Origin: Terriglobia bacterium
Lineage (GTDB): Bacteria; Acidobacteriota; Polarisedimenticolia; Polarisedimenticolales; JAIQFR01
Direction of reading: 5' to 3'
Assembly: GCA_963748015.1 (NCBI GenBank)
Contig: CAVVHE010000004.1
Location: forward strand, 1,408,001-1,472,000
Length of the DNA: 64,000 nucleotides
In this document: piece after piece, positions 39,494 through 47,803 of the stretch
How positions within the stretch are numbered: position 1 is the stretch's first letter
Layout of the letters: each line of letters opens with the position of its first letter
Notes under the pieces: model-generated
Seen by the model: the letters and a program-made list of their open reading frames with translations, nothing else
Told to the model about the DNA's origin: nothing
The model's database searches: none
Translations under genes and position numbers: made by a program

Positions 39494-39685
39494 GGCAGCA
39501 CCTCCGCCCGCGCCGGGGAGAGGTTACGGATCGGCAACCGCTCCGGCCGGCGCCCTCCCTTGTATCCCATGATGAGCTCGACCGATGCTGGGAGCCCGTC
39601 CGAGAAGCCCCGTGGGTCTCCCTCGCCAGGACGCCCCGGAGGGCGACTTGGCGCGTGGCGGGCTCGTTCTTCCGGGAGGTGCTCC

Positions 39686-41167
39686 ATGGCGTCGAGACGT
39701 GAGCATAGCTTGACGGCTTCGCCGCCGTCAAACCGGCAGGCGCGCGCCGTCCACGCCGTCCTGCGAACCCTCCTCGAGATCACCGGCTGGGAGCGGGCCT
39801 TTCTCGTCACGCCCTCCGAGGAAGAAAGCGACGGACCCGGGCACGTTGCGGCTTCGGTTTCGCTCCGGCCCGACGGGCGCCGCACGCCCAGCCGCACGGT
39901 CTTGAGGCGGGCGCTGCGGGAGAACGGCGTCCTGGTCTGTCCGGACGCGCGAGGCGATCCGGCGCTGGCGAAGGGGGCGTCGGTGCGCTCCCTCGACATC
40001 CGGGCGGTCGCCGCGGTTCCCGTCGCCTCGTCGGAAGAGGGCGCGGCGCTGATCGTGGACCGGAGCGCGGCGGGCGACGGCGTTTCCGGCGGGACGCTTC
40101 GCGTCCTGGAGTCCTTCGCCTCGGTGCTCGCGAGCCTCGCGGACCCGGCGAAGCGTCCGCCCGCCCCGGCGGCCCGCGGCGGCGAGGCCCTCGTGGGAGC
40201 GTCGGAGAGCTTCGTGGCCGCGCTCTCCTGGGCGCGCCGCGTCGCGCGATCGAGATTCCCCGTGTTGCTCACCGGCGAGACCGGAGCCGGGAAGGAGGAG
40301 ATCGCGCGCGCGATCCACGGGGCGAGCCCCAGGGCGGCCGGCCCCTTCGTCGCGGTGAACTGCGCGGCGATGCCGGAGACCCTGATCGAGAGCGAGCTGT
40401 TCGGAGCGGTCCGGGGAGCGTACACCGGCGCGGACTCGGACCGGCCGGGGCTGTTCCGTCTCGCGCATGGGGGGACCCTCCTCCTCGACGAGGTCGGCGA
40501 CATGCCGCCGGCGATGCAGGCCAAGCTGCTTCGAGTGCTCCAGGACGGGCGCGTGCGCCCCGTGGGAGGGTCCGCGGAGCTCGCCGTGGACGTGAGGATC
40601 GTGGCCGCGACCCACGGAGACCTCCCGGCGCTCGTCGGCGAGGGGAGGTTCCGGGAAGACCTCTACTGGCGCCTCGCGACGGCGGAGGTGCGGATCCCGC
40701 CGCTTCGCGACCGCCGCGAGGACATTCCCCTGCTCGCGGAGCATCTCCTCGCGCGGCTTCGAGCCGATGCCGGCTCGAGCGCCGACGCGACCCTCGACCG
40801 TCCCGCCCTCGAGGCTCTCGAGGCGTGCGACTGGCCGGGGAACGTGAGGCAGCTCCAGGCGGTGCTCGCGCGCGCGCTCCTCCGGTCGGGCGGCGGCGCG
40901 ATCTCGCTCGCGCACCTCGATCTCCCCGCTCCCGCGGGGGCTCCCGCCCGCGACCCGGCCGCCGCGGCGCCGCTCGAGCGCCGGTGGATCGAGGAAGCGC
41001 TGCGCGGCTCGCGAGGCAACGTGGCGCAGGCCGCCGCGCGCATCGGCTGGAGCCGGCAGAAGCTCTACCGGCGGATGAGGGCGCTGGGGGTGCCGCGGCC
41101 GCGACACGGCGCCGCGCGGAGACCCGTCTCGCCCGACCGTCCCGGACCGGGCCGGACCGGCCCGTGA
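39686..41167 (+). CDS. GAF-sigma54 enhancer-binding protein (Fis HTH)
   Basis: GETGAGKE, ESELFG, GAYTGA, LLLDEVG, FREDLYWRL, WPGNVRQL, HTH; GGAGGT SD. Confidence 0.92.
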   Translation: MASRREHSLTASPPSNRQARAVHAVLRTLLEITGWERAFLVTPSEEESDGPGHVAASVSLRPDGRRTPSRTVLRRALRENGVLVCPDARGDPALAKGASVRSLDIRAVAAVPVASSEEGAALIVDRSAAGDGVSGGTLRVLESFASVLASLADPAKRPPAPAARGGEALVGASESFVAALSWARRVARSRFPVLLTGETGAGKEEIARAIHGASPRAAGPFVAVNCAAMPETLIESELFGAVRGAYTGADSDRPGLFRLAHGGTLLLDEVGDMPPAMQAKLLRVLQDGRVRPVGGSAELAVDVRIVAATHGDLPALVGEGRFREDLYWRLATAEVRIPPLRDRREDIPLLAEHLLARLRADAGSSADATLDRPALEALEACDWPGNVRQLQAVLARALLRSGGGAISLAHLDLPAPAGAPARDPAAAAPLERRWIEEALRGSRGNVAQAAARIGWSRQKLYRRMRALGVPRPRHGAARRPVSPDRPGPGRTGP

Positions 41168-41204
41168 CTTCCCCGTCGCGCGCGCTTCCCGCTCGCGGGA
41201 GTCC

Positions 41205-42575
41205 TCACGCGCCCTTCGCCAGCTCCTCGTAGAGGTAGGCGGCGCTCCTGGTCCCGCCGTGGAACGAGGTGAGCTCGAACTTCTCGTTCGGTGCGTGCAG
41301 GTTGTCGTCCGGAAGTCCGAAGCCCATCAGGATGCTAGGCAGCCCGTGGGTCTCCGTGAAGGTCGCCATGACCGGGATCGAGCCGCCCTCGCGGATCATG
41401 GCGGGGGGCTTCGCCCACGCGCGCGCGAGCGCGCGGGTCGCGGCCTTCAACATCGGGTGGTCGTGCGCGGTCAGGAAGGACGGCGCCGAGTGAAGGTCGC
41501 GGACCTCCACCTTCACGCCGGGCGGGGCCAGGCGCCGCACGTGCTCCGCGAAGCGAGGGAACAGGTCCTTCGGGTCCTGGTCGGGAACGAGCCGCATGCT
41601 CACCTTGGCCGACGCGAACGACGGCAGGACGGTCTTCGCCCCCTCTCCGGTGTAGCCGCTCGACATGCCGTTGACGTCGCAGGTCGGGCGGACCCAGATG
41701 CGCTCGAGGGTCGAGTACCCCTTCTCGCCGAACGGCGAGGGTGCCCCCGCCTCTCCGAGGAATCTCGCCTCGTCGAACGGAACCGAGGCCAGGACCGCCC
41801 GCTCGGCGTCGTCGAGCGGCCGCACGCGATCGTAGAACCCCGGCACGGTGATCCTACCGTCGCCGTCCTTGAGCCCCGCGACGATCGCCGCGAGCGCGTT
41901 GCCCGGGTTCTGGACGGCGCCGCCGAAAGACCCCGAGTGCAGGTCGCGCGCGGGGCCTCTGACGTCGATCTGCGTGTAGAGGAGCCCGCGCAGGCCGTAG
42001 GTCAGTGCCGGCTGGTCCGGGGCGAGCATCCCCGTGTCGCTCACCACGATCACGTCGGCGTCGAGGAGGGCGCGCCGGTCCCGCAAGAACCGCTCCAGGT
42101 TCGGGCTGCCGGCTTCCTCTTCCCCCTCGATCACGCACTTGACGTTGACGGGCAGCTTCCCGGCCACCGCCATGTGCGCCCTGAAGGCCGCGACGTGCAT
42201 GTACACCTGCCCCTTGTCGTCGCAGGCGCCGCGCGCGTAGATCCTGCCGTCCCGGACGGTCGGCTCGAACGGCGGGCTCTTCCAAAGCTCCAGCGGATCC
42301 ACCGGCTGCACGTCGTAGTGCCCGTACAGCAGCACGGTCGGCTTCCCGGGCGCGCCGAGCCACTCGCCGTAAACGACGGGATGGCCCGCGGTCGGCACGA
42401 CCTCGACCTTCGTCATGCCCGCCTTCCGGAGATCGTCGGCGACGTGCCGTGCGCAGCGCTCGACGTCCTCCTTGTGCCTCGGCTCCGTGCTGACGCTCGG
42501 GATCCTGAGCACCGCCTTCAGCTCCTCCAGGAACTCCTCGCGGTGCGACTCGAGAAAGCGTGTGAGATCGTCCAT
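41205..42575 (-). CDS. M20 family dipeptidase
   Basis: YGHYDVQP, ARGACDDKGQ, EGEEE, GGSIP, HAPNE. Confidence 0.93.
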   Translation of the reverse strand: MDDLTRFLESHREEFLEELKAVLRIPSVSTEPRHKEDVERCARHVADDLRKAGMTKVEVVPTAGHPVVYGEWLGAPGKPTVLLYGHYDVQPVDPLELWKSPPFEPTVRDGRIYARGACDDKGQVYMHVAAFRAHMAVAGKLPVNVKCVIEGEEEAGSPNLERFLRDRRALLDADVIVVSDTGMLAPDQPALTYGLRGLLYTQIDVRGPARDLHSGSFGGAVQNPGNALAAIVAGLKDGDGRITVPGFYDRVRPLDDAERAVLASVPFDEARFLGEAGAPSPFGEKGYSTLERIWVRPTCDVNGMSSGYTGEGAKTVLPSFASAKVSMRLVPDQDPKDLFPRFAEHVRRLAPPGVKVEVRDLHSAPSFLTAHDHPMLKAATRALARAWAKPPAMIREGGSIPVMATFTETHGLPSILMGFGLPDDNLHAPNEKFELTSFHGGTRSAAYLYEELAKGA

Positions 42576-42606
42576 CGGCGGGTCCTCCCCTGTTTACTCG
42601 AACCAC

Positions 42607-42785
42607 CGCGCCGAGCCGGGCATCCGGATCCGACATCGCCCCGAAGCGGCCCTGTTTTCGCGCGGCCGTCTCTTCCCTGGACGGCCGCGCGAAAACCGGA
42701 GCCAGGCGGCGCGGCGACCTGCGCCGCGCAACGCCGCAGCGTGCCGCGCGGGGCGATGTCGGATCCGGATGCCCGGCTCGGCGCG
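42607..42785 (-). repeat. Structured intergenic element E1 (37-bp perfect outer inverted repeat)
   Basis: 42607-42643 pairs with 42749-42785; inner hairpins; abuts HNH stop codon. Confidence 0.85.
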
Positions 42786-43418
42786 CTAACCGGAAGCGGT
42801 GGTATCCGGCTCGCGGGGAGCCGGCAGCACGTCCTCCTCCAGCTCGACGTTCCAGTACGCGACGTCGAGGAACGTCCGCCACTGCTCGTGGAACGGCCCG
42901 ATCCACCCGGCCCGCAGCACGGGATGTCCCGCCGGCTTCTTCGGCGGCCGCCTGAGCGCCATTCCCGCCTCGACGGGCGTGCGGTTCCCCTTCTGGCCGT
43001 TGCAGACGACGCAGGCGCAGACGACGTTGTCCCACGAGGAGAGCCCGCCGCGCGACAGCGGCACGACGTGGTCCAGATTGAGGTCGCGCTGCTGGAACAC
43101 GCGGCCGCAATACTGGCAGCGGTTCCTGTCCCTGAAGAAGATGTTCCGGCGCGTGAAGCGCACCTCGCGCCGCGGGAGACGGGAGTAGTGCAGGAGCTGG
43201 ATCACCCTGGGGACCCGGATCTCGCGCCGTGGCGTCCGGATGACGTCGTCGCCGGCGCCGGGAGGAACGTCGCACCAGTTCTCGAAGTCGTAGGTCGTGA
43301 AGTCCGGCGCGACGGCGCGGGCGCGGCCGCCGCAGAACAGGACGAAGGCGCGGCGCACCCCCGTGATCTGCACCGCCTGGTACACGCTGTTCAGGACGAG
43401 AACCGCGCCGTCCGCCAT
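42786..43418 (-). CDS. HNH endonuclease (McrA-like)
   Basis: VLVLN, RRNIFFRDRNRCQYCG, LDHVVPLSRGG, NVVCACVVCNGQKGNRTP. Confidence 0.92.
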   Translation of the reverse strand: MADGAVLVLNSVYQAVQITGVRRAFVLFCGGRARAVAPDFTTYDFENWCDVPPGAGDDVIRTPRREIRVPRVIQLLHYSRLPRREVRFTRRNIFFRDRNRCQYCGRVFQQRDLNLDHVVPLSRGGLSSWDNVVCACVVCNGQKGNRTPVEAGMALRRPPKKPAGHPVLRAGWIGPFHEQWRTFLDVAYWNVELEEDVLPAPREPDTTASG

Positions 43419-43455
43419 GGGCGACCCGCTCGGGCCCCACGAACCGGCAGGCCGT

Positions 43456-44571
43456 TCAGCCCCGAAGCCGCGTCGCCCGCGACCGAGCCGACGACGCGCG
43501 CTCGAGCGCCAGCCGGACGAGCCGGTCGATCAGCTCCGGGAACGGCAGGCCCGACGCCTCCCAGAGCTTCGGATACATGCTGATCCCGGTGAAGCCGGGC
43601 AGCGTGTTCACCTCGTTGAGCAGCACCTCGCCGGTGGACCGCTCGACGAAGAAGTCTACTCTCGCCATGCCCGCCAGGTCGAGGGCCTTGAACGCCTCGA
43701 CCGCGAGGCGCCGGACCGTCTCCGCCGTGTCCGCGGGGACGGGGGCCGGGATCAGGAGCTCCGAGGTCCCGTCGAGGTACTTCGCGGCGTAATCGTAGAA
43801 CTCGCGGGACGGGACGATCTCTCCCGGGACCGAGGCCTCGGGACGATCGTTTCCGAGGACCGCGCACTCCACCTCGCGGGCGTCGATCGCGGCCTCCGCG
43901 ACGACCCTGAGGTCGCAGTCGAGGGCCGCCTCGACGGCCGCGGCGAGGCCCTCGGGAGCCGCGACCTTCGTGATCCCCACCGACGACCCACCGTTCGACG
44001 GCTTGACGAACATCGGGAATCCGAGGCCGGAAGCCAATCGGCGCTCGGTCTCGCGAGGGTCCAGGCGGTAGTCCTCGTGGGTGAACGAGAGCCAAGGGCC
44101 GACGGGCAGCCCCTTCGCCGCGAAGAGGGTCTTCGACGCCGCCTTGTCCATGCCGAGGGCCGACCCGAGGACGCCGGCGCCCACGCAAGGAATCCCGGCG
44201 AGCTCCATCGCGCCCTGCAGCCGGCCGTCCTCTCCTCCCCATCCGTGAAGCACGGGGAAGAGCACGTCAATGGGGACGGCCCTCGCCTCCGACCCGGCCG
44301 ACACGAGGAGAAGGCCGGCGCCGCCGGGATCCACCACGACGCGCGTCCCGTCGCCTTCCGCGGCCGCCTCGACGCGCGAGGCCTCGCCGTGGAGGATCGC
44401 GGCGGAGGCTCGGGGCGCGAGCCATCTCCCGTCGCCGGTGACGCCGATCGGCACGCACTCGAAGCGGGCGGGGTCGAGGCCTCGTGCCACGCCGCGCGCG
44501 GACGTGACGGAGACCTCGTGCTCGACCGAGGCGCCTCCGAACAGGAGCCCGACCCGCAGCTTCGCACTCAC
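43456..44571 (-). CDS. ddl: D-alanine--D-alanine ligase
   Basis: GGASVEHEVS, LHGWGGEDG, GSSVGI, FYDYAAKY, NEVNTLPGFT..SMYP. Confidence 0.96.
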   Translation of the reverse strand: MSAKLRVGLLFGGASVEHEVSVTSARGVARGLDPARFECVPIGVTGDGRWLAPRASAAILHGEASRVEAAAEGDGTRVVVDPGGAGLLLVSAGSEARAVPIDVLFPVLHGWGGEDGRLQGAMELAGIPCVGAGVLGSALGMDKAASKTLFAAKGLPVGPWLSFTHEDYRLDPRETERRLASGLGFPMFVKPSNGGSSVGITKVAAPEGLAAAVEAALDCDLRVVAEAAIDAREVECAVLGNDRPEASVPGEIVPSREFYDYAAKYLDGTSELLIPAPVPADTAETVRRLAVEAFKALDLAGMARVDFFVERSTGEVLLNEVNTLPGFTGISMYPKLWEASGLPFPELIDRLVRLALERASSARSRATRLRG

Positions 44572-45320
44572 GCGCCGCCGCCCCTCCCGATCAGGCGGGA
44601 CACCGCCACCCAGACGAAGCCCGCGCCGATCACGATCATGAGAACGCCCATGACGTTCTTCACGACGACCATCCAGCGTCCCGGCTTCGGCATGCTGCCG
44701 AGCAGGCCGGCGAAGGCGCCGAGAAGGAGGAGCAGGAAGCCCATCCCCACGGAGAACGTGAACGTGAGGAGGCCGCCCCAGGCCACCTGGCGCTGCGCCG
44801 CGACGTAGGTGAGAAGCACGCCGAGGACCGGCGCGGTGCACGGCGCCGCGACGAACCCCGCCGCGACCCCGAGCAGCATCGCCCCGACGTAACCGCCCCG
44901 CAGCGTTCCCGCGGACTGGATTCCCGAGAGAAACGACGGGAGTCTCAGGGTGAACACCCCGAGCATCTCGAGGCCGAACAGGACGATCAGCACGCCGAAG
45001 ATCCCCGGGACCCACGGCGTATCGGTCATCTTCCCGAACGTCTTTCCGAGCAGGGCCGCCGTCACGCCGAGCACCGTGTAGACCAGCGCCAGGCCGAGGA
45101 CGTAGACCACCGACAGCGCGAAGGCCTTCCGCCGGTTCCCCGCCGCCGCGCCGAGGATGTACGGGACCATCACCGGGTACATCGGGTAGACGCACGGCGT
45201 CAGGCTCGTGACCAGCCCGGCGGCGAAGACCACGACGATCGCCACCGCCGATCCGCGGTCGAGCTGCCCCTGGAGGATCTGCCCGAGGGCGTATCCCCAC
45301 TCGTTCAGCCGGTCGAGCAT
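44568..45320 (-). CDS. ccdA: CcdA/DsbD-type thiol:disulfide transporter
   Basis: SLTPCVYP and AAPCTAP in a multi-TM protein; next to thioredoxin. Confidence 0.88.
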   Translation of the reverse strand: MLDRLNEWGYALGQILQGQLDRGSAVAIVVVFAAGLVTSLTPCVYPMYPVMVPYILGAAAGNRRKAFALSVVYVLGLALVYTVLGVTAALLGKTFGKMTDTPWVPGIFGVLIVLFGLEMLGVFTLRLPSFLSGIQSAGTLRGGYVGAMLLGVAAGFVAAPCTAPVLGVLLTYVAAQRQVAWGGLLTFTFSVGMGFLLLLLGAFAGLLGSMPKPGRWMVVVKNVMGVLMIVIGAGFVWVAVSRLIGRGGGA

Positions 45321-45321
45321 C

Positions 45322-45645
45322 TCAGAGCACCTTCTCCACCCGGTCCGCGAGCGCCTTCTTCGAGAGGACGCCGATGCTCTGGTCCTTCACCGCGCCGTCG
45401 CGGAACAGCAGGAGGGTGGGCACCGACAGCACCCCGAACTTGGCGGCCGTCGCCGGAGCGTTGTCCACGTCGACCTTCACGACCTTGAGGCGTCCGTCGT
45501 ACTCGGCGGCGATCTCGTGAACGACCGGCTCGAGCTTCTTGCATGGCCCGCACCACGTGGCGGAGAAATCCACCAACACGGCTCCCTGGGCCTTCAGCAC
45601 GACCGTGTCGAAGTTGCTGTCGTTCGCTTCGTGAAGCTTGCTCAT
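45322..45645 (-). CDS. trxA: Thioredoxin
   Basis: VDFSATWCGPCK, SVPTL. Confidence 0.95.
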   Translation of the reverse strand: MSKLHEANDSNFDTVVLKAQGAVLVDFSATWCGPCKKLEPVVHEIAAEYDGRLKVVKVDVDNAPATAAKFGVLSVPTLLLFRDGAVKDQSIGVLSKKALADRVEKVL

Positions 45646-45746
45646 GCTCGTCTCCCGATAAAGATTGCGCCGCCGCCGGCGCCGGCGTCTCGTCTAGGTT
45701 ACCAAGAAAAGTGCTACGATGCCCGCTTTCGGCCGAGGGGGATTTC

Positions 45747-46505
45747 ATGGGATCCGCCGCGCCGTCCGACGCCCTCCGCTCCCTGCTGAGGGGGAAGGAC
45801 CCCATCCTGGTGCTGACCGGCGCGGGGGTGTCCGCCGAGAGCGGTCTCGCGACCTTCCGCGGCCCCGGCGGACTCTGGGAGGGGCGGGAGCCGACGGAGC
45901 TCGCGACCCCCGAGGCGTTCGAGGCGGACCCGGACACCGTCTGGAGATTCTACGCGTGGCGGCGGACCCAGGCGGCGGCCGCGAAGCCGAACCCCGGCCA
46001 CGTCGCGCTCGCCGCGCTCGAGCGCGAGCGAGGCAACGTGCTCCTCGCGACGCAGAACGTGGACGGGCTTCACGAGCGCGCGGGGAGCGTGCGCGTGCTG
46101 CGGCTCCACGGCAGCCTCTGGCGGCTGCGCTGCACGGCGGAGGGGACCGAGCACGAGGACAGGAATCCCGACCTCTCGCCGCTCCCTCCGCGCTGCCGTT
46201 GCGGGGCACTGCTGCGCCCCGGCGTGGTGTGGTTCGGCGAGGCGCTGCCCGCGTCGACGCTCGCCGAGGCGGCCGCCGCCGCGCGCCGCGCGGCGCTCGT
46301 GATCGTGGCGGGCACGTCGTCTCTCGTGTACCCCGCCGCGTCGCTTCCGGTCGCGGCGCGCGAGGCCGGCGCCTACGTCGTGGAGATCAACCCCGAGCCG
46401 ACGCCGCTGAGCCCGCTCGTGCACGAGCGCCTCGGCGGGCCCTCGGGCGAGGTCCTGCCGCGGATCGCCGAAGCGGCGGGGATCGCGCCGGAGAGCCTCG
46501 CATGA
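45747..46505 (+). CDS. cobB: NAD-dependent deacylase (class III sirtuin)
   Basis: TGAGVSAESG, FYAWRR (YxxR), TQNVDGLH, HGS, GTSSLVYPAA. Confidence 0.93.
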   Translation: MGSAAPSDALRSLLRGKDPILVLTGAGVSAESGLATFRGPGGLWEGREPTELATPEAFEADPDTVWRFYAWRRTQAAAAKPNPGHVALAALERERGNVLLATQNVDGLHERAGSVRVLRLHGSLWRLRCTAEGTEHEDRNPDLSPLPPRCRCGALLRPGVVWFGEALPASTLAEAAAAARRAALVIVAGTSSLVYPAASLPVAAREAGAYVVEINPEPTPLSPLVHERLGGPSGEVLPRIAEAAGIAPESLA

Positions 46506-47803
46506 GCCGGACGATGCGCATCCTTTACGTGGACGCCACCGCCGGCGCGGCGGGGGACATGATCCTCGGCGCGCTCCTCGACCTCGGCGTTCCGGTCGGG
46601 CGGGTCCGGGCCGCTCTCGAGTCCCTCCCGCTCCGCGGCTGGAGCCTCTCCAAGCGGCGGGTCATGCGATCGGGGCTCTCCGCGGCGAAGGCCGTCGTGC
46701 GAGTCGCCGACTCGGCGGACGAGCGGAACTGGCGCGAGATCCGCCGCATCATCGAGCGCGGGCGGCTCGCTCCCGCGGTTCGCGAGCGCGCGCTCCGCAT
46801 CTTCAGGCGCCTCGTCGAGGCCGAGGCCGAGGCCCACGGGTCGACGCCGGAGGCGGTCCACCTCCACGAAGCCGGGGCGGTGGACGCGATCGTGGACGTG
46901 GTGGGAGCCTGCGTCGCTCTCGAGGCTCTCGCGCCGGACCGGATCGTCGTCTCCCGAATCACGACGGGGAGCGGGCGGATCGCCTGCCGGCACGGCTCCT
47001 ACCCCGTGCCGGGGCCCGCCACCGCGGTGCTCCTGCGCGGCGCGCCCGTCACCGGAGGGGACGCCGAGGGGGAGCGCTTGACGCCGACCGGCGCCGCGAT
47101 CTTGACCACGATCGCGGACGGCTGGGGAACGCTTCCTCCGGGAACCATCGTGGCGACCGGGCACGGCGCGGGGGACCGGGAGTTCGAGGACCGCCCCAAC
47201 GTGCTCCGCATGCTCCTCGTCGAGGCGGCTCCAGTGAGTCGGGTCGAACCCCCTGGGGTGAGCGCCGTCGAACCTGCCCCGGTGAGCAAGGTCGAACCCC
47301 CTGGGGTGAGCGCCGTCGAACCCGGCGCCGAGGTCCTCGTCATCGAGGTCGCGCTCGACGACGCCACGCCCCAGGTCGTTGCCTACGCCGCGGAGCGGCT
47401 CTTCGCGGAGGGCGCGCTCGACGTCTTCACGACCCCCGTCCACATGAAGAAGGGGCGCACCGGCCACCTGCTCACGGTGCTCGCGCGCCCCGACCGGCTC
47501 GAGGCGCTCGCCGGCGTGGTGCTCCGCGAGACGCCGACGCTGGGGCTCCGGTACCGGCGCGAGGGGCGGTTCGAGCTCGCGCGCCGGACGGCGGCCGTCG
47601 CCACCCCGTTCGGGCGCGTCCGGGTGAAGGAGGGGCTGCTCGACGGGAAGCCGGTCAACGCCTGGCCGGAATACGAGGACTGCGCGCGGCTGGCGAGGAG
47701 CCGGGCGGTCCCGCTGAAGCGCGTCCAGGAGGCGGCCATCGTCGCCTACGACAAGACGCGGGCGCCGCGCGGCGGCCGGAGCGCACGGAGAAAGGCCCGA
47801 TGA
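46502..47803 (+). CDS. larC: Nickel pincer cofactor cyclometallase LarC family
   Basis: AGAAGDM, VHLHEAGAVDAIVD, PVPGPAT, TPTGAA, MKKGR, PEYEDC. Confidence 0.92.
   Translation: MSRTMRILYVDATAGAAGDMILGALLDLGVPVGRVRAALESLPLRGWSLSKRRVMRSGLSAAKAVVRVADSADERNWREIRRIIERGRLAPAVRERALRIFRRLVEAEAEAHGSTPEAVHLHEAGAVDAIVDVVGACVALEALAPDRIVVSRITTGSGRIACRHGSYPVPGPATAVLLRGAPVTGGDAEGERLTPTGAAILTTIADGWGTLPPGTIVATGHGAGDREFEDRPNVLRMLLVEAAPVSRVEPPGVSAVEPAPVSKVEPPGVSAVEPGAEVLVIEVALDDATPQVVAYAAERLFAEGALDVFTTPVHMKKGRTGHLLTVLARPDRLEALAGVVLRETPTLGLRYRREGRFELARRTAAVATPFGRVRVKEGLLDGKPVNAWPEYEDCARLARSRAVPLKRVQEAAIVAYDKTRAPRGGRSARRKAR
47228..47323 (+). repeat. Four in-frame 24-bp repeats (GTGAGY-N3-GTCGAACC core) inside larC
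   Basis: Encodes APVSRVEP-PGVSAVEP-APVSKVEP-PGVSAVEP. Confidence 0.85.
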
